Below, piece by piece: positions 1 through 9,174 of a DNA stretch of 63,160 bases; the stretch's first letter is position 1; the number at the start of each line of letters is the position of its first letter. The notes under the pieces were generated by a model that saw only the letters and a program-made list of their open reading frames with translations, searched no databases and was not told the DNA's origin. A program made the position numbers and the translations under genes. This DNA comes from Gammaproteobacteria bacterium. Lineage in GTDB: Bacteria > Pseudomonadota > Gammaproteobacteria > Ga0077536. The stretch is from assembly GCA_019747795.1 (NCBI GenBank), contig JAIEQK010000118.1, forward strand, positions 1 through 63,160, given 5' to 3'.

Positions 1-228
1 AGCGCTCTGGAACGGAATGTCGCACTGAAGTGCGACCTACAGGGTGCGGTGCTGTAGGTCGGACTTCAGTCCGACATTGAAACGGCGTGTACGAGCGCTC
101 TGGAACGGAATGTCGCACTGAAGTGCGACCTACAGGGTGCGGTGCTGTAGGTCGGACTTCAGTCCGACATTGAAACGGCGTGTACGGGCGCTCTGGAACG
201 GAATGTCGCACTGAAGTGCGACCTACAG
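1..228. repeat. BIME-like array of GTAG-family REPs (93-bp unit x ~2.5, probably truncated at window start)
   Basis: Unit 1-93 recurs at 94-186 and partly at 187-228. Alternating REPs: GTAG-GTCGCACT-TC-AGTGCGAC on the minus strand (19-40, 112-133, 205-226) and GTAG-GTCGGACT-TC-AGTCCGAC on the plus strand (54-75, 147-168). Confidence 0.9.
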
Positions 229-1242
229 GCTCCATACCACCAACCGCCAGTCCAGCACCTGGCTTTCCTCGTAGCCTGCTTCCTTGCCGCGGCGCTTGGC
301 GTACGTCAACGCGTGCAGTTCCAGGAGCCGGCCGCCGGAAGCGACGGGCGCCTCGCTGGTCACGCTGAACTCGGTACGGATGATCTCCTCCTCCAGTACC
401 GGCGCGGTGTGCTCACAACCCTGCCAGCCGACCAAGGTCACGAGGTTGGGCAGCGCGCGCTCGATCTGGGCGAGCGTGATGGAAATCGTCTGGCCGCCGT
501 AGACCAGGCGCTTGCCGAGGTAGCTCCGCGACGCATCGGTGTGGGTATAGGCGATGTTGCCGGTCAGTCGCACCAGCTCCGGTGCGCAGGTCACGGTGTC
601 CTGCGGGCCGATCACCACCTTGTCGCCCACCGCGAGCACCGGCGCGGGCACGTTGTAGTTCTCCGGCGCCATGGCCGCCACCCGCCAGCCCTGCGGCAGC
701 GCGCCCAGCAGTTGCTCGTCGCCCAGGCGCTCCGGGATCCAGTCGAAGCTGTCGTTCCTGCCGGTGTCGGCCTGCGGATCGCGACAGGCGATCATCGGGC
801 AGCGCCAGTACTGCATGACGCGCTCGCCGTGCTGGTTGGTCGTGGTCATCTCCAAGGCCACCATGCCGGTCGCGTCGCGGCCCGGCTTCACCTTGTTCTG
901 CCGGAGACCCACGACCTTGGTCACGGTGGTGAGCGTGTCGCCGACGTAGACCGGCTTCACCAGCAGCAGCCCGCGGTAGAAGAGGTTGCCCTTCACGTTC
1001 TGCGAGGCGAAGGTCGTCTGGCCGTTCACCTGGTTGATGACCAGCATGGGATGGACCAGGCTGCGCGACTCGCCGGTCACCGCGCGGGACAGTTCGCGAT
1101 CGAGCGGCAGGCGCATGCGATCGCCGGTAATGGCCTGGTAGAAGGCCGCGTGACCGTCGGTCATGGTGACGGCGGGTGCGGAGAAGCTCTGTCCGACCTC
1201 GAAGTCTTCGAAGTAGGGTCCGTCGATGTGATGTTCGGCCAT
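223..1242 (-). CDS. Double hot-dog MaoC-family (R)-enoyl-CoA hydratase, mesaconyl-CoA hydratase-like
   Basis: 339 aa; N-terminal GPYFEDFEVGQ, PVYVGDTL and a second hot-dog half (HTDAS...LVYGG). Last gene of a CoA operon. Confidence 0.75.
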   Translation of the reverse strand: MAEHHIDGPYFEDFEVGQSFSAPAVTMTDGHAAFYQAITGDRMRLPLDRELSRAVTGESRSLVHPMLVINQVNGQTTFASQNVKGNLFYRGLLLVKPVYVGDTLTTVTKVVGLRQNKVKPGRDATGMVALEMTTTNQHGERVMQYWRCPMIACRDPQADTGRNDSFDWIPERLGDEQLLGALPQGWRVAAMAPENYNVPAPVLAVGDKVVIGPQDTVTCAPELVRLTGNIAYTHTDASRSYLGKRLVYGGQTISITLAQIERALPNLVTLVGWQGCEHTAPVLEEEIIRTEFSVTSEAPVASGGRLLELHALTYAKRRGKEAGYEESQVLDWRLVVWSL

Positions 1243-1308
1243 GGTGTCATTCCTGCTCGATGTGCGACCGCCGCCGGCCTCACAGGCCGGGGCGGAAAGT
1301 GAAGCGGT

Positions 1309-2421
1309 TCAGCCGCCGAGGAACTCGGCGCGCAGCGCCGCGCCCTGTTCGTCGATGGCCGGTACCCGCGGACTCTCCAGGACGTCGCCCGTGCGCCGTA
1401 CCAGCGACACGCGCTCGCCGCCGGCGAGGATGTCTTTGCGACGCAGCGCCGGATGCCGCTGGAGTCCGCCAATGTCGTTGATGTTGCCGCAGGCGATACC
1501 GGCGGCGTTCAGCTTCTGGGCCAACTCGGCGCGGGGATAGCGACGGAACACGGCTTCGAGTTCGGCGCGCAGCGCGTCGCGATTCTCGACCCGCGCGACG
1601 TTGTTCCTGAAGCGCGGATCGTCGGCGAGTTCCGGCCGCTCGAGTCCGTCGCGACAGAACTGCGCCCATTCGCGCTGGTTCTGGATGACGACGAAGATCG
1701 GGCCGTCGGCCGCGGCGTAAGAGCCGTAGGGCGCGAGCTGCGCGTGGTCCATGCCCGTGCCGGTCAGCATCTTGCCGGTGTATTCCAGGATCGCGAGCGG
1801 CACCGCCATCCATTCGGACAGGGTCTCGAACAGCGAGGTCTCGATATGCGTGCCGGCCGCGCCGCGTTCGCGCGCGTAGAGCGCTTTCAGGATCTCGCCG
1901 TAGCAGGACAACCCGGTGGAGATGTCGCAGATCGACGCGCCCACCTTGCTCGGCTCGCCGGGGTTGCCGGTCACCGAGCAGAGCCCGGTCTCGGCCTGGA
2001 TCAGCGCGTCGTAGGCCTTCATCTCCGCGTAGGGACCAGTGGTGCCGTAGCCCGAGATGCTGCACATCACGAGCCGCGGATTCAGCGCGTGCACCGCGCT
2101 CCAGCCGAAGCCGAGCTTGTCCACCGAACCCGGTTTCAGGTTCTGGATGAAGACGTCGGCCTTCGCCAGCATGGCGCGCAGCAGGGCGCGGTCGGCCTCC
2201 TGGGTCAGATCGACCGCCAGCGATTCCTTGCCGCTGTTCAGCCACACGAAGTACGCGCTCTGGCCGTGGATGGCGCTGTCGTAGGCTCGCGCGAAATCAC
2301 CCTCGGGGCGTTCGAGCTTGATCACCCGCGCGCCGCCCTCGGCCAGCAGACGGGTGCAGTAGGGCGCGGCGACGGCCTGTTCGAGGGCGACGACCAGCAG
2401 CCCGGCGAGGGGGGCGGACAT
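1309..2421 (-). CDS. CaiB/BaiF (family III) CoA-transferase, resembling itaconate CoA-transferase
   Basis: PLAGLLVVALEQAVAAPYCTR, GARVIKLERPEGDFARAYD, NSGKES and KAYDALIQAETG (catalytic Asp). Confidence 0.85.
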   Translation of the reverse strand: MSAPLAGLLVVALEQAVAAPYCTRLLAEGGARVIKLERPEGDFARAYDSAIHGQSAYFVWLNSGKESLAVDLTQEADRALLRAMLAKADVFIQNLKPGSVDKLGFGWSAVHALNPRLVMCSISGYGTTGPYAEMKAYDALIQAETGLCSVTGNPGEPSKVGASICDISTGLSCYGEILKALYARERGAAGTHIETSLFETLSEWMAVPLAILEYTGKMLTGTGMDHAQLAPYGSYAAADGPIFVVIQNQREWAQFCRDGLERPELADDPRFRNNVARVENRDALRAELEAVFRRYPRAELAQKLNAAGIACGNINDIGGLQRHPALRRKDILAGGERVSLVRRTGDVLESPRVPAIDEQGAALRAEFLGG

Positions 2422-2430
2422 GGTTCTACC

Positions 2431-3933
2431 TCAGCGCATCACGAAGGGATTGGGCACGTCGTCGGCGGTCGAGATCCACACACTCTTGGTCTGCAGGAAC
2501 TCGCGAATCGACTCGAGGCCGTTCTCGCGGCCGAGGCCGCTCTGCTTGTAGCCGCCGAAAGGCGACATGTAACTGATGGCGCGATAGGTGTTGACCCACA
2601 CCGTGCCGGCGCGCACCGCGCGCGAGACCTTGAGCGCGCGCTTGATGGATTGGGTCCAGACGCCGGCGGCGAGACCGAAGGCGATGTCGTTCGCGATCGC
2701 GATGGCCTCGTCCTCGGTGTCGAAGCGGATGATGGACAGCACCGGGCCGAACACCTCTTCCTGGGCGATGCGCATGTCGTTCCGAACGCCGCCGAGAATG
2801 GTCGGCTCGACGAAGTACTCGCTCGTGCCGCACTCGGGCCGACCCTTGGCGGGCTTGCCTCCCAGCAGCACCCGCGCGCCTTCAGCCTCGGCGATGCGGA
2901 TGTAGGACAGCACCTTCTCGTACTGTGGCGGGGTGGTCACCGGGCCGACCTGGGTGGCGCGGTCCATCGGGTCGCCCATGCGCGCGCTCGCCGCGAACTC
3001 GACCAACGCATTCACGAAGCGATCGTAGATGCCCGACTGCACCAGCAGGCGCGAGCCGGCGATGCAGGTCTGACCAGTCGCGGCGAAGATGCCGGAGATC
3101 GCGCCCTTGACCGCGTCCTCCAGCACCGCGTCGTCGAACACGATGTTGGGCGACTTGCCGCCCAGTTCCAGCGTGCAGCGCTTCAGGCCCTTGGCCGCCG
3201 CCTGGTAGACCCGCGCGCCGCTCTCGCTGCCACCGGTGAAGGCGACCATCGCGACCTTGGGATGCTCGACCAGGCGCGCGCCCACCTCGGCGCCGAAGCC
3301 GGTGACGACGTTGACCACGCCGGGCGGAAAGCCGGCTTCCGTGAACAGTTCGGCGAAGCGCAGCGTCGAGGTGGAGGTGAATTCCGAGGGCTTGATCACC
3401 ACCGTGTTGCCCGCCGCCAGCGCCGGCGCGAGCTTGAAGGAGAGCAGCAGCAGCGGCGAGTTCCACGGCGTGATCGCCGCCACCACGCCGAGTGGTTCGT
3501 GGCGCGTGAAATTGAAGGTCTCGGGCTTGTCGATGGGAATGACCGCGCCCTCGATCTTGTCCGCGAGGCCACCGAAGTAGTAGTACCACTGTGGCAAGTA
3601 GGCGCACTGCGCGCCCATCTCGCTGATGAGCTTGCCGTTGTCGCGTACCTCCATCGCCGCGAGTTCCTCGGCGTGGGCGGCGATCAGATCGCCCACCCGG
3701 CGCAGCAGGTGGCCGCGCTGGGTGGCGCTCATGTCGGCCCAGGGGGCAGACATGAATGCCGCGTGGGCCGCGTCCACCGCCGCGTCGACCTCGGCCGGGC
3801 CGCAGCGCGCGACCTCGGCCCAGATCTTCGAGGTGTAGGGATTGACCGTCTCGAAGTACTCGCCGCTTCCAGGCGCGACCTTGGCGCCGTTGATGTAGGC
3901 ATCGAAGCGCGGCAGGTCGCGGGCGTCGTTCAT
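2431..3933 (-). CDS. NAD(P)-dependent aldehyde dehydrogenase
   Basis: PWNSP, KPSE, FTGG, LELGGKSP, GQTCIAGSR and EEVFGPV motifs. Start reassigned to ATG 3933 (MNDARDLP); the track's extension overlaps the upstream gene. Confidence 0.92.
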   Translation of the reverse strand: MNDARDLPRFDAYINGAKVAPGSGEYFETVNPYTSKIWAEVARCGPAEVDAAVDAAHAAFMSAPWADMSATQRGHLLRRVGDLIAAHAEELAAMEVRDNGKLISEMGAQCAYLPQWYYYFGGLADKIEGAVIPIDKPETFNFTRHEPLGVVAAITPWNSPLLLLSFKLAPALAAGNTVVIKPSEFTSTSTLRFAELFTEAGFPPGVVNVVTGFGAEVGARLVEHPKVAMVAFTGGSESGARVYQAAAKGLKRCTLELGGKSPNIVFDDAVLEDAVKGAISGIFAATGQTCIAGSRLLVQSGIYDRFVNALVEFAASARMGDPMDRATQVGPVTTPPQYEKVLSYIRIAEAEGARVLLGGKPAKGRPECGTSEYFVEPTILGGVRNDMRIAQEEVFGPVLSIIRFDTEDEAIAIANDIAFGLAAGVWTQSIKRALKVSRAVRAGTVWVNTYRAISYMSPFGGYKQSGLGRENGLESIREFLQTKSVWISTADDVPNPFVMR

Positions 3934-3964
3934 GGCGGGTACTCCGATGGCGTCAGGTGCGTCC

Positions 3965-5128
3965 TCAATAGGAACGCGGCAGCTCGAGTTCGTGCTCCGC
4001 GATGTAGGACAGGATGAGATTGGTGGAGATGGGCGCGATGCGGTACAGGCGCGCTTCGCGGAACTTGCGCTCCACGTCGTACTCCTCTGCCACGCCGAAG
4101 CCGCCGTGGGTCTGCATGCAGGTGTCCGCCGCCGCCCAGGAGGCCTCCGAGGCCAGCATCTTGGACAGGTTGGCGAGCGTGCCGGCGTTGCCGCCCGACT
4201 CGTACACCGCGCAGGCCTTCTCCAGCACCGCCTCGGCCGCCACCGTCTGCGCATAGGCCTGGGCGATGGGGAACTGGATGCCCTGGTTCTGGCCGATGGG
4301 TCGGCCGAACACCACGCGCTCGCGCGCATAGTCCGAGGCCTTCTTGATGAACCAGCGCGCGTCGCCGATGCACTCGGCGGCGATCAGGATGCGCTCGGCG
4401 TTCATGCCGGAGAGGATGTAGCGGAAGCCCTTGCCCTCTTCGCCGATGAGGCTGTCGGCCGGGATCGGCACGTTGTCGAAGAACACCGCGTTGGTCGAGT
4501 GGTTGATCATCGTGCGGATGGGATTGATGCTCATCCCGTTCTTCTTCGCTTCGCGCATGTCGACCAGGAACACCGACAGACCGTCGGCGCGCTTGGCGAC
4601 CTTGTCCTTCGCGGTGGTGCGGGCGAGCAGGATCATGAGATCCGACTGCAGCGCGCGCGAGGTCCACACCTTCTGACCGTTGACGATGTACTTGTCGCCG
4701 TCCCGCACCGCGACGGTGGAGATGGAGGTGGTGTCGGTGCCGGCGGTCGGCTCGGTGACGCCGAAGGCCTGCAGGCGCAGTTCACCCGAGGCGACGCCCG
4801 GCAGGTACTTCTGCTTCTGCTCGGGGCTGCCGTGGCGCAGCACCGTGCCCATGGTGTACATCTGCGCATGGCAGGCGCCGGCGTTGCCGCCGAACTCGTG
4901 GATCGCCTTCAGGATCTCGACGCCCATGGAGATCGGCAGGCCGCTGCCGCCGTATTCCTCGGGGATCAGCGCCGCCAGCAGGCCGAGTTCGGTCAGGCGG
5001 TCGACGAATTCCTTGGGGTATTGCCGCTCGCGATCCTTCTCACGCCAGTACTCACCGGCAAATTCCTCGCAGACCTTCTTCACCGTGTCGCGCAGCTGCG
5101 TGACGATTTCCTGCTGTTCGTCGCTCAT
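3965..5128 (-). CDS. Acyl-CoA dehydrogenase (resembles the ACAD found in itaconate-degradation clusters)
   Basis: VTEPTAGTDT, NGQKVWTS, FGRPIGQNQGIQF, QTHGGFG and ERKFREARL; GGNAGACHAQMY subfamily signature. Confidence 0.9.
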   Translation of the reverse strand: MSDEQQEIVTQLRDTVKKVCEEFAGEYWREKDRERQYPKEFVDRLTELGLLAALIPEEYGGSGLPISMGVEILKAIHEFGGNAGACHAQMYTMGTVLRHGSPEQKQKYLPGVASGELRLQAFGVTEPTAGTDTTSISTVAVRDGDKYIVNGQKVWTSRALQSDLMILLARTTAKDKVAKRADGLSVFLVDMREAKKNGMSINPIRTMINHSTNAVFFDNVPIPADSLIGEEGKGFRYILSGMNAERILIAAECIGDARWFIKKASDYARERVVFGRPIGQNQGIQFPIAQAYAQTVAAEAVLEKACAVYESGGNAGTLANLSKMLASEASWAAADTCMQTHGGFGVAEEYDVERKFREARLYRIAPISTNLILSYIAEHELELPRSY

Positions 5129-5193
5129 GATTTGCTCTTTCCAGACTGATGAAACGTGTGGCCCGACGAACTGGCCGTCGGCCGCCGGGCGGA

Positions 5194-5219
5194 ACCGCGG
5201 GCGGCGCGCCGCCCGCGGT
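5194..5219. other. Perfect 26-bp palindrome (intra-operon hairpin)
   Basis: ACCGCGGGCGGCGCGCCGCCCGCGGT is its own reverse complement; it lies between the hydrolase stop and the ACAD start. Confidence 0.7.
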
Positions 5220-5240
5220 CGAAGCGCACCACGAGACGCC

Positions 5241-6092
5241 TTACAGGGCGAGGATCTTGTCCAGCACCGGCATCAGGTAGCGGTTGAACACCTCCGGGTT
5301 CTCGCTCATGGGGAAGTGTCCGATCTCCTCCATGATGATGCACTCGGAGTTCTTGGTCTTCTTCGCCGCTTCCTCGGTCATCTCCGGGGTGCAGGCGAAG
5401 TCGTAGACGCCGGTCATGTAGAACATCGGCACCTTGCCCGACAGCTTCTCCGTGCGGCCGCGGAAGTCGTGGTCGAAGGAATAGAAGTAGAGATCGCCCT
5501 TGAACACGCCCGGTCCGCCCTGCGAGTAATACCACCAGGTCTCCCAGCGGTACTTGTCCGGGCTCTGCGGCGCCATCAGGCCGAACACCGAAGTCGCGCA
5601 GGCCTCGCCGCCGTGGATGTGCGAATGCGCGAGCCAGTCGAGGTGCCAGCCCGGCGACCATTCGCAGGCCTCGACCGCGATCAGCGCCTTGATGTCGTTC
5701 TCGTGCTTCTCGGCGAGGTGCAGGCAGATGTTGCCGCCCATGGAGCTGCCCATGATCACCGGCTTCACCAGTTCGAGTTCGCGACAGAACGCCATGATGA
5801 TGCCGGCGTAGTAGTGCGCGGTGAGCTTGTACTCCTCGTTTTCCTGGTACCACTCATAGGGCGGGATGGATTTGCCGTGACGCGGCAGGTCCAGCGCGAT
5901 GACGCGGAAGTTCTTGCTGATGGCCGGGTCGCACAGCTGGTGACGCCACTCGCGGCCGTCGGTGCCGGCGGTGTGCAGGCAGACCAGCGGAATGCCGTTG
6001 GCCGGGCCCGTCTCTTCGTAGTACATGCGGTACTCGGTGCCTTCGAACGGCACCCACACGTAGCGGCCGATGATCGGTTCAATCTTTGCCAT
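5241..6092 (-). CDS. Alpha/beta-fold hydrolase (HTAG subfamily)
   Basis: LVCLHTAG, ALDLPRHGKS, nucleophile elbow GSSMGG, GVYD and GHFP. Confidence 0.88.
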   Translation of the reverse strand: MAKIEPIIGRYVWVPFEGTEYRMYYEETGPANGIPLVCLHTAGTDGREWRHQLCDPAISKNFRVIALDLPRHGKSIPPYEWYQENEEYKLTAHYYAGIIMAFCRELELVKPVIMGSSMGGNICLHLAEKHENDIKALIAVEACEWSPGWHLDWLAHSHIHGGEACATSVFGLMAPQSPDKYRWETWWYYSQGGPGVFKGDLYFYSFDHDFRGRTEKLSGKVPMFYMTGVYDFACTPEMTEEAAKKTKNSECIIMEEIGHFPMSENPEVFNRYLMPVLDKILAL

Positions 6093-6112
6093 GTCGATTC
6101 TCCTACTGCCGC

Positions 6113-6490
6113 TCAGACTTCACGCATGCGGTCGAGCGCCCACATGAACGCGCGCATGTTCTGCCACAGGACCATCTGGTTGCCCTCCAGCCGCACGCGC
6201 CCGTGCAGCGGATGGGCCATCGCCCACAGGTCGTTGTACATCGGCGGCGGCACCGGCTGGCAGAACTTGGCCCAGCTCTCCGCCGGACCGCGGATGGCGA
6301 GCTCGTAGCAGGTCTCGGGACCGAACTGGTCGCTGACCTCGGCGAGCCTGCCTTTGTCAAAACTGACGACGTACTCCTTGTCGCCGAAACCCAAGAGCAG
6401 CTGCGCGGTGAAGTGCTTGCCGATCCATTTCATCGGCCCGTTGCTGTTGACCGCGTCCTGCCACTTCCTGACCCAGGGCAGATCGAACAT
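6113..6490 (-). CDS. Small SCP2 (sterol-carrier)-like hypothetical protein
   Basis: Start reassigned to ATG 6490 (MFDLPWVRKW) behind a GGGAG RBS; 125 aa. Pattern W..AVN...F...GRL...AIRGP..W...LEGN is SCP2-like; homologous to 7727-8149. Confidence 0.6.
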   Translation of the reverse strand: MFDLPWVRKWQDAVNSNGPMKWIGKHFTAQLLLGFGDKEYVVSFDKGRLAEVSDQFGPETCYELAIRGPAESWAKFCQPVPPPMYNDLWAMAHPLHGRVRLEGNQMVLWQNMRAFMWALDRMREV

Positions 6491-6659
6491 GGTGATTCTC
6501 CCTCTAGCTTGAACCTGTGTCGCCACGCCGCGGCGTGCGCCTTCTGGACGGCGCGTCGCCGGCCGCGCGAGGCGGAGGCGGTGCGAGTGAGGGGGCAATG
6601 TACTGGCGGCTTCGAGCCCGTGTAAATGAGCAACTGGCGATACGGGCGATAAGCCAGGC

Positions 6660-7598
6660 TTATAGATCGGCGACCTGGGCGGCCTCGGCCGCCATGCTCC
6701 AGTACTGGCCGTCGAAACCGCTCACGCAGGCCAGCAGCAGCTCGGCCGTGGCGCGCACCGCGTTGGAGACCGGCCGGCTGCCGGCGCGCGCCAGCACCAT
6801 GCGCCGTTCCAGCCGCGGCTGGGTGATGGGCACCGCGTGCAGCTCGCCGCGCGCGACCTCGTCGGCGACCGCGGCGCGGGACAGCACGGTGTTGCCGATG
6901 CCGAGCCGCGCCAGGGTCTTCATCTGCACGAAGGCGTCGATCTCCACCTTGGGCGCGAGCGCCACGCCGTGCTCGAGCGCGACGCGGTCGAGCATCGCGC
7001 GCAGTCCGTGGTGGCGACCGGGCAGGATGAGGTCCATGTCGGCGAGTTCGGCGAAGCGCACCGCTCGCCGCCGGCGACGACGGCTTGCGCTCTCGACCAG
7101 GAACAGCTCCTCGCTGAACAGCGGCGTGGTGGCGATGCCGGCGTCGCGCTGCACGCCGTGCAGGATGCCGAGGTCCAGCTGGCCGCTGCGCAACCAGTCG
7201 AGCACGTAGCCGCTGGTGCCCTCGACCACGCGCAGCGCGACCTTGGGCAGGGCCTCCTGCATGCGCACCACCAGCGGCACGGACAGCACCGCGCTGATCG
7301 ACGCCGGCAGGCCCAGCACCACGCTGCCGCGCGGATCGCGGCTGCCCGCCTGGATGGCCTGGCGCGCGTCGGCCACCTGGTCGAGGATCAGCCGCGCGCG
7401 CGCCAGGAGTTCGCGCCCGGCCTCGGTCGGCACCACGCCGCGCACCGAGCGCGAGAGCAGTTTCACGCCGAGCTCGTCCTCGAGCTTCTTCACCTGCTGG
7501 CTGAGCGCCGGCTGCGCGACGTAGAGCGCATCGGCGGCGCGCTTCATGGAGCCTTGCTCGACGATGGTCACGAAGTAGCGCAGGGTGCGGAAATCCAT
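6660..7598 (-). CDS. LysR-family transcriptional regulator (Nac/TcuR-like)
   Basis: MDFRTLRYF...GSMKRAADALYVAQPALSQQVKKLEDELG HTH; start at ATG 7598. Confidence 0.93.
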   Translation of the reverse strand: MDFRTLRYFVTIVEQGSMKRAADALYVAQPALSQQVKKLEDELGVKLLSRSVRGVVPTEAGRELLARARLILDQVADARQAIQAGSRDPRGSVVLGLPASISAVLSVPLVVRMQEALPKVALRVVEGTSGYVLDWLRSGQLDLGILHGVQRDAGIATTPLFSEELFLVESASRRRRRRAVRFAELADMDLILPGRHHGLRAMLDRVALEHGVALAPKVEIDAFVQMKTLARLGIGNTVLSRAAVADEVARGELHAVPITQPRLERRMVLARAGSRPVSNAVRATAELLLACVSGFDGQYWSMAAEAAQVADL

Positions 7599-7726
7599 GC
7601 AGCGCGGCTCGGCGGGAGGTCGGCGCAGTCTAGCGCAGGCCTCGCGTGGCGGGGACGCGCGCGGGTTTACAGCGCGGCCACGATCGGAGAGGCTTGCCGC
7701 CCGCGCAGCTTTTCTCGGAGCCCGCC

Positions 7727-8149
7727 ATGAGCTTTCTGTCCGATCCTGCCCTGCAACAACGCTTCGTCGAAGCGCTGAACGCCAACCCACGCTTTGCCAC
7801 CCAGGCGCGCGCCTTCGACGGCGCCGTGCAGCTCGAAGTCGACGCCGACTGCCTGTGGCTCAAGATCTACAAGGGCCAGGTGATCGACCACCAGCCCGCG
7901 CCGTCGATCTTCGGTTACACCTTCAAGCTGCGCGGCGCGGAGGCCGCGTGGCGCGATCTGCTGAGCGGCAAGCGCCTGTGGGCCGACCTCACCTTTCCCG
8001 GCAAGCGCGACTTCAGCGACGACCCGGGCCTCACGCGGGTCGGTGAACTGTCGGTGGCGATCGCGACCGAGGGCAACCTGCTGGAGGCGGGGCGCCTCAC
8101 CGAGGCGATGTTCGAACTCGCCTACACGCTGCGCCAGGTGGCCGCCTGA
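7727..8149 (+). CDS. Small SCP2-like hypothetical protein
   Basis: ATG 7727 after a GGAG RBS (MSFLSDPAL); 140 aa. Shares the A(L/V)N.N, KG, RG..W and EGN pattern with 6113-6490. Confidence 0.6.
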   Translation: MSFLSDPALQQRFVEALNANPRFATQARAFDGAVQLEVDADCLWLKIYKGQVIDHQPAPSIFGYTFKLRGAEAAWRDLLSGKRLWADLTFPGKRDFSDDPGLTRVGELSVAIATEGNLLEAGRLTEAMFELAYTLRQVAA

Positions 8150-8217
8150 GCGGCGGCGACGCGCAATCCCCGAGCACGTTCACGCGTCGCGCGGCGCGAC
8201 ACGAGGAGAGACCATCG

Positions 8218-9033
8218 ATGAGCACCCCAGAAGATATTCGCGGCCATTACGTCCGGGTCGGCGGCACCCGCGTGTTCTACGACGAACTCGGCGAGGGCCA
8301 GCCGCTGGTGTGCGTGCACACAGCCGGCGCCAGCTCGCTCGAGTACCAGTACGCGCTCCCGCTGTACGCGGAACAGGGCTTCCACGCCTACGCGCTCGAT
8401 CTGCCCGGTCATTCGCGCTCCTACCCGGTGGGCTGGGAGGCGCATCGCAGCATCCACCAGCACGCGGAGTTCGTGCACGCCTTCGTGCAGACCCTCGGAC
8501 TCGCGAACCCGGTCATCACCGGCTGCTCGATCGGCGGCGACATCACGCTGGACTATGCGGCCCACCACTGGCGCGAGATGGCGGCCGGCATCGCCATGGA
8601 GGGCCTGGGGCGCTCACCGACCTTTCCGAGCCCCAAGGACATGACCCATCCGGCGTGGACGCCCGGCTGGCAGGACATGATGGAGCGCGCGGCCGTCGAA
8701 TCGCTGGGCCGCGGCGTGTCCGAGGAGAAGCGCGAGGAACTGCGCTGGCAGCATCGCAACGCGCAGGTGAGCGCGGTCGGCGACCTGGTCGCCTGGGCAG
8801 CGCACGACGTGCTCGCGAGTCTCGGCCAGGTGCAGTGTCCGATGCTGGTGGTGCGCGGCGAGGACGACTTCTGGGTGCCGCGCGAACTCGCCGACGAGAC
8901 CGCGCGGGCGCTGCCGAAGGGCGAGGTGCTGCACCTGCCCGACGTTGGCCACTACCCGATGTTCGAGGCACCGGCGCTGGTCGCCCGCTTCACTGGTGAC
9001 TTCTGCCGCAAACACGGTATTCTCCGCGGCTAG
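8218..9033 (+). CDS. Alpha/beta-fold hydrolase (HTAG subfamily)
   Basis: LVCVHTAG, ALDLPGHSRS, GCSIGG, GEDD and GHYP; GAGGAG RBS. Confidence 0.88.
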   Translation: MSTPEDIRGHYVRVGGTRVFYDELGEGQPLVCVHTAGASSLEYQYALPLYAEQGFHAYALDLPGHSRSYPVGWEAHRSIHQHAEFVHAFVQTLGLANPVITGCSIGGDITLDYAAHHWREMAAGIAMEGLGRSPTFPSPKDMTHPAWTPGWQDMMERAAVESLGRGVSEEKREELRWQHRNAQVSAVGDLVAWAAHDVLASLGQVQCPMLVVRGEDDFWVPRELADETARALPKGEVLHLPDVGHYPMFEAPALVARFTGDFCRKHGILRG

Positions 9034-9132
9034 AGCAACTCTGGGCGCCGCGCACGGACCGCGCGACGCCGTGCATCAGGGGGAAGTCCGGCGACACGCG
9101 CGACGCGCGGTCAGTCGGACCGAAGGGGGGCG

Positions 9133-9159
9133 AGGGCGGCGCAAGCCGCCCTTTTTTTT
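9133..9159 (+). terminator. Rho-independent terminator
   Basis: AGGGCGGC-GCAA-GCCGCCCT stem-loop followed by a T run. Confidence 0.88.
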
Positions 9160-9174
9160 GTTCGACCCGTGCCG

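Noticed and set aside
1-228. CRISPR array
   Set aside because: The intervening sequences are identical rather than unique spacers, the palindromes alternate in orientation, and there are no cas genes. It fits REP/BIME.
1453-4017. Long antisense ORFs (also 26448-29315, 34306-36666, 53473-55482, 18634-20022 and many others)
   Set aside because: They are shadows of well-supported genes on the other strand, as expected at high GC, and carry no family motifs.
2431-4329. Apparent N-terminal fusions or extensions (ALDH 632 aa; 15370-17325; 54576-56384; 57390-58712; 31031-32629)
   Set aside because: The extensions are low-complexity Arg/Ala/Pro-rich frames overlapping real upstream genes, and internal starts give normal lengths.
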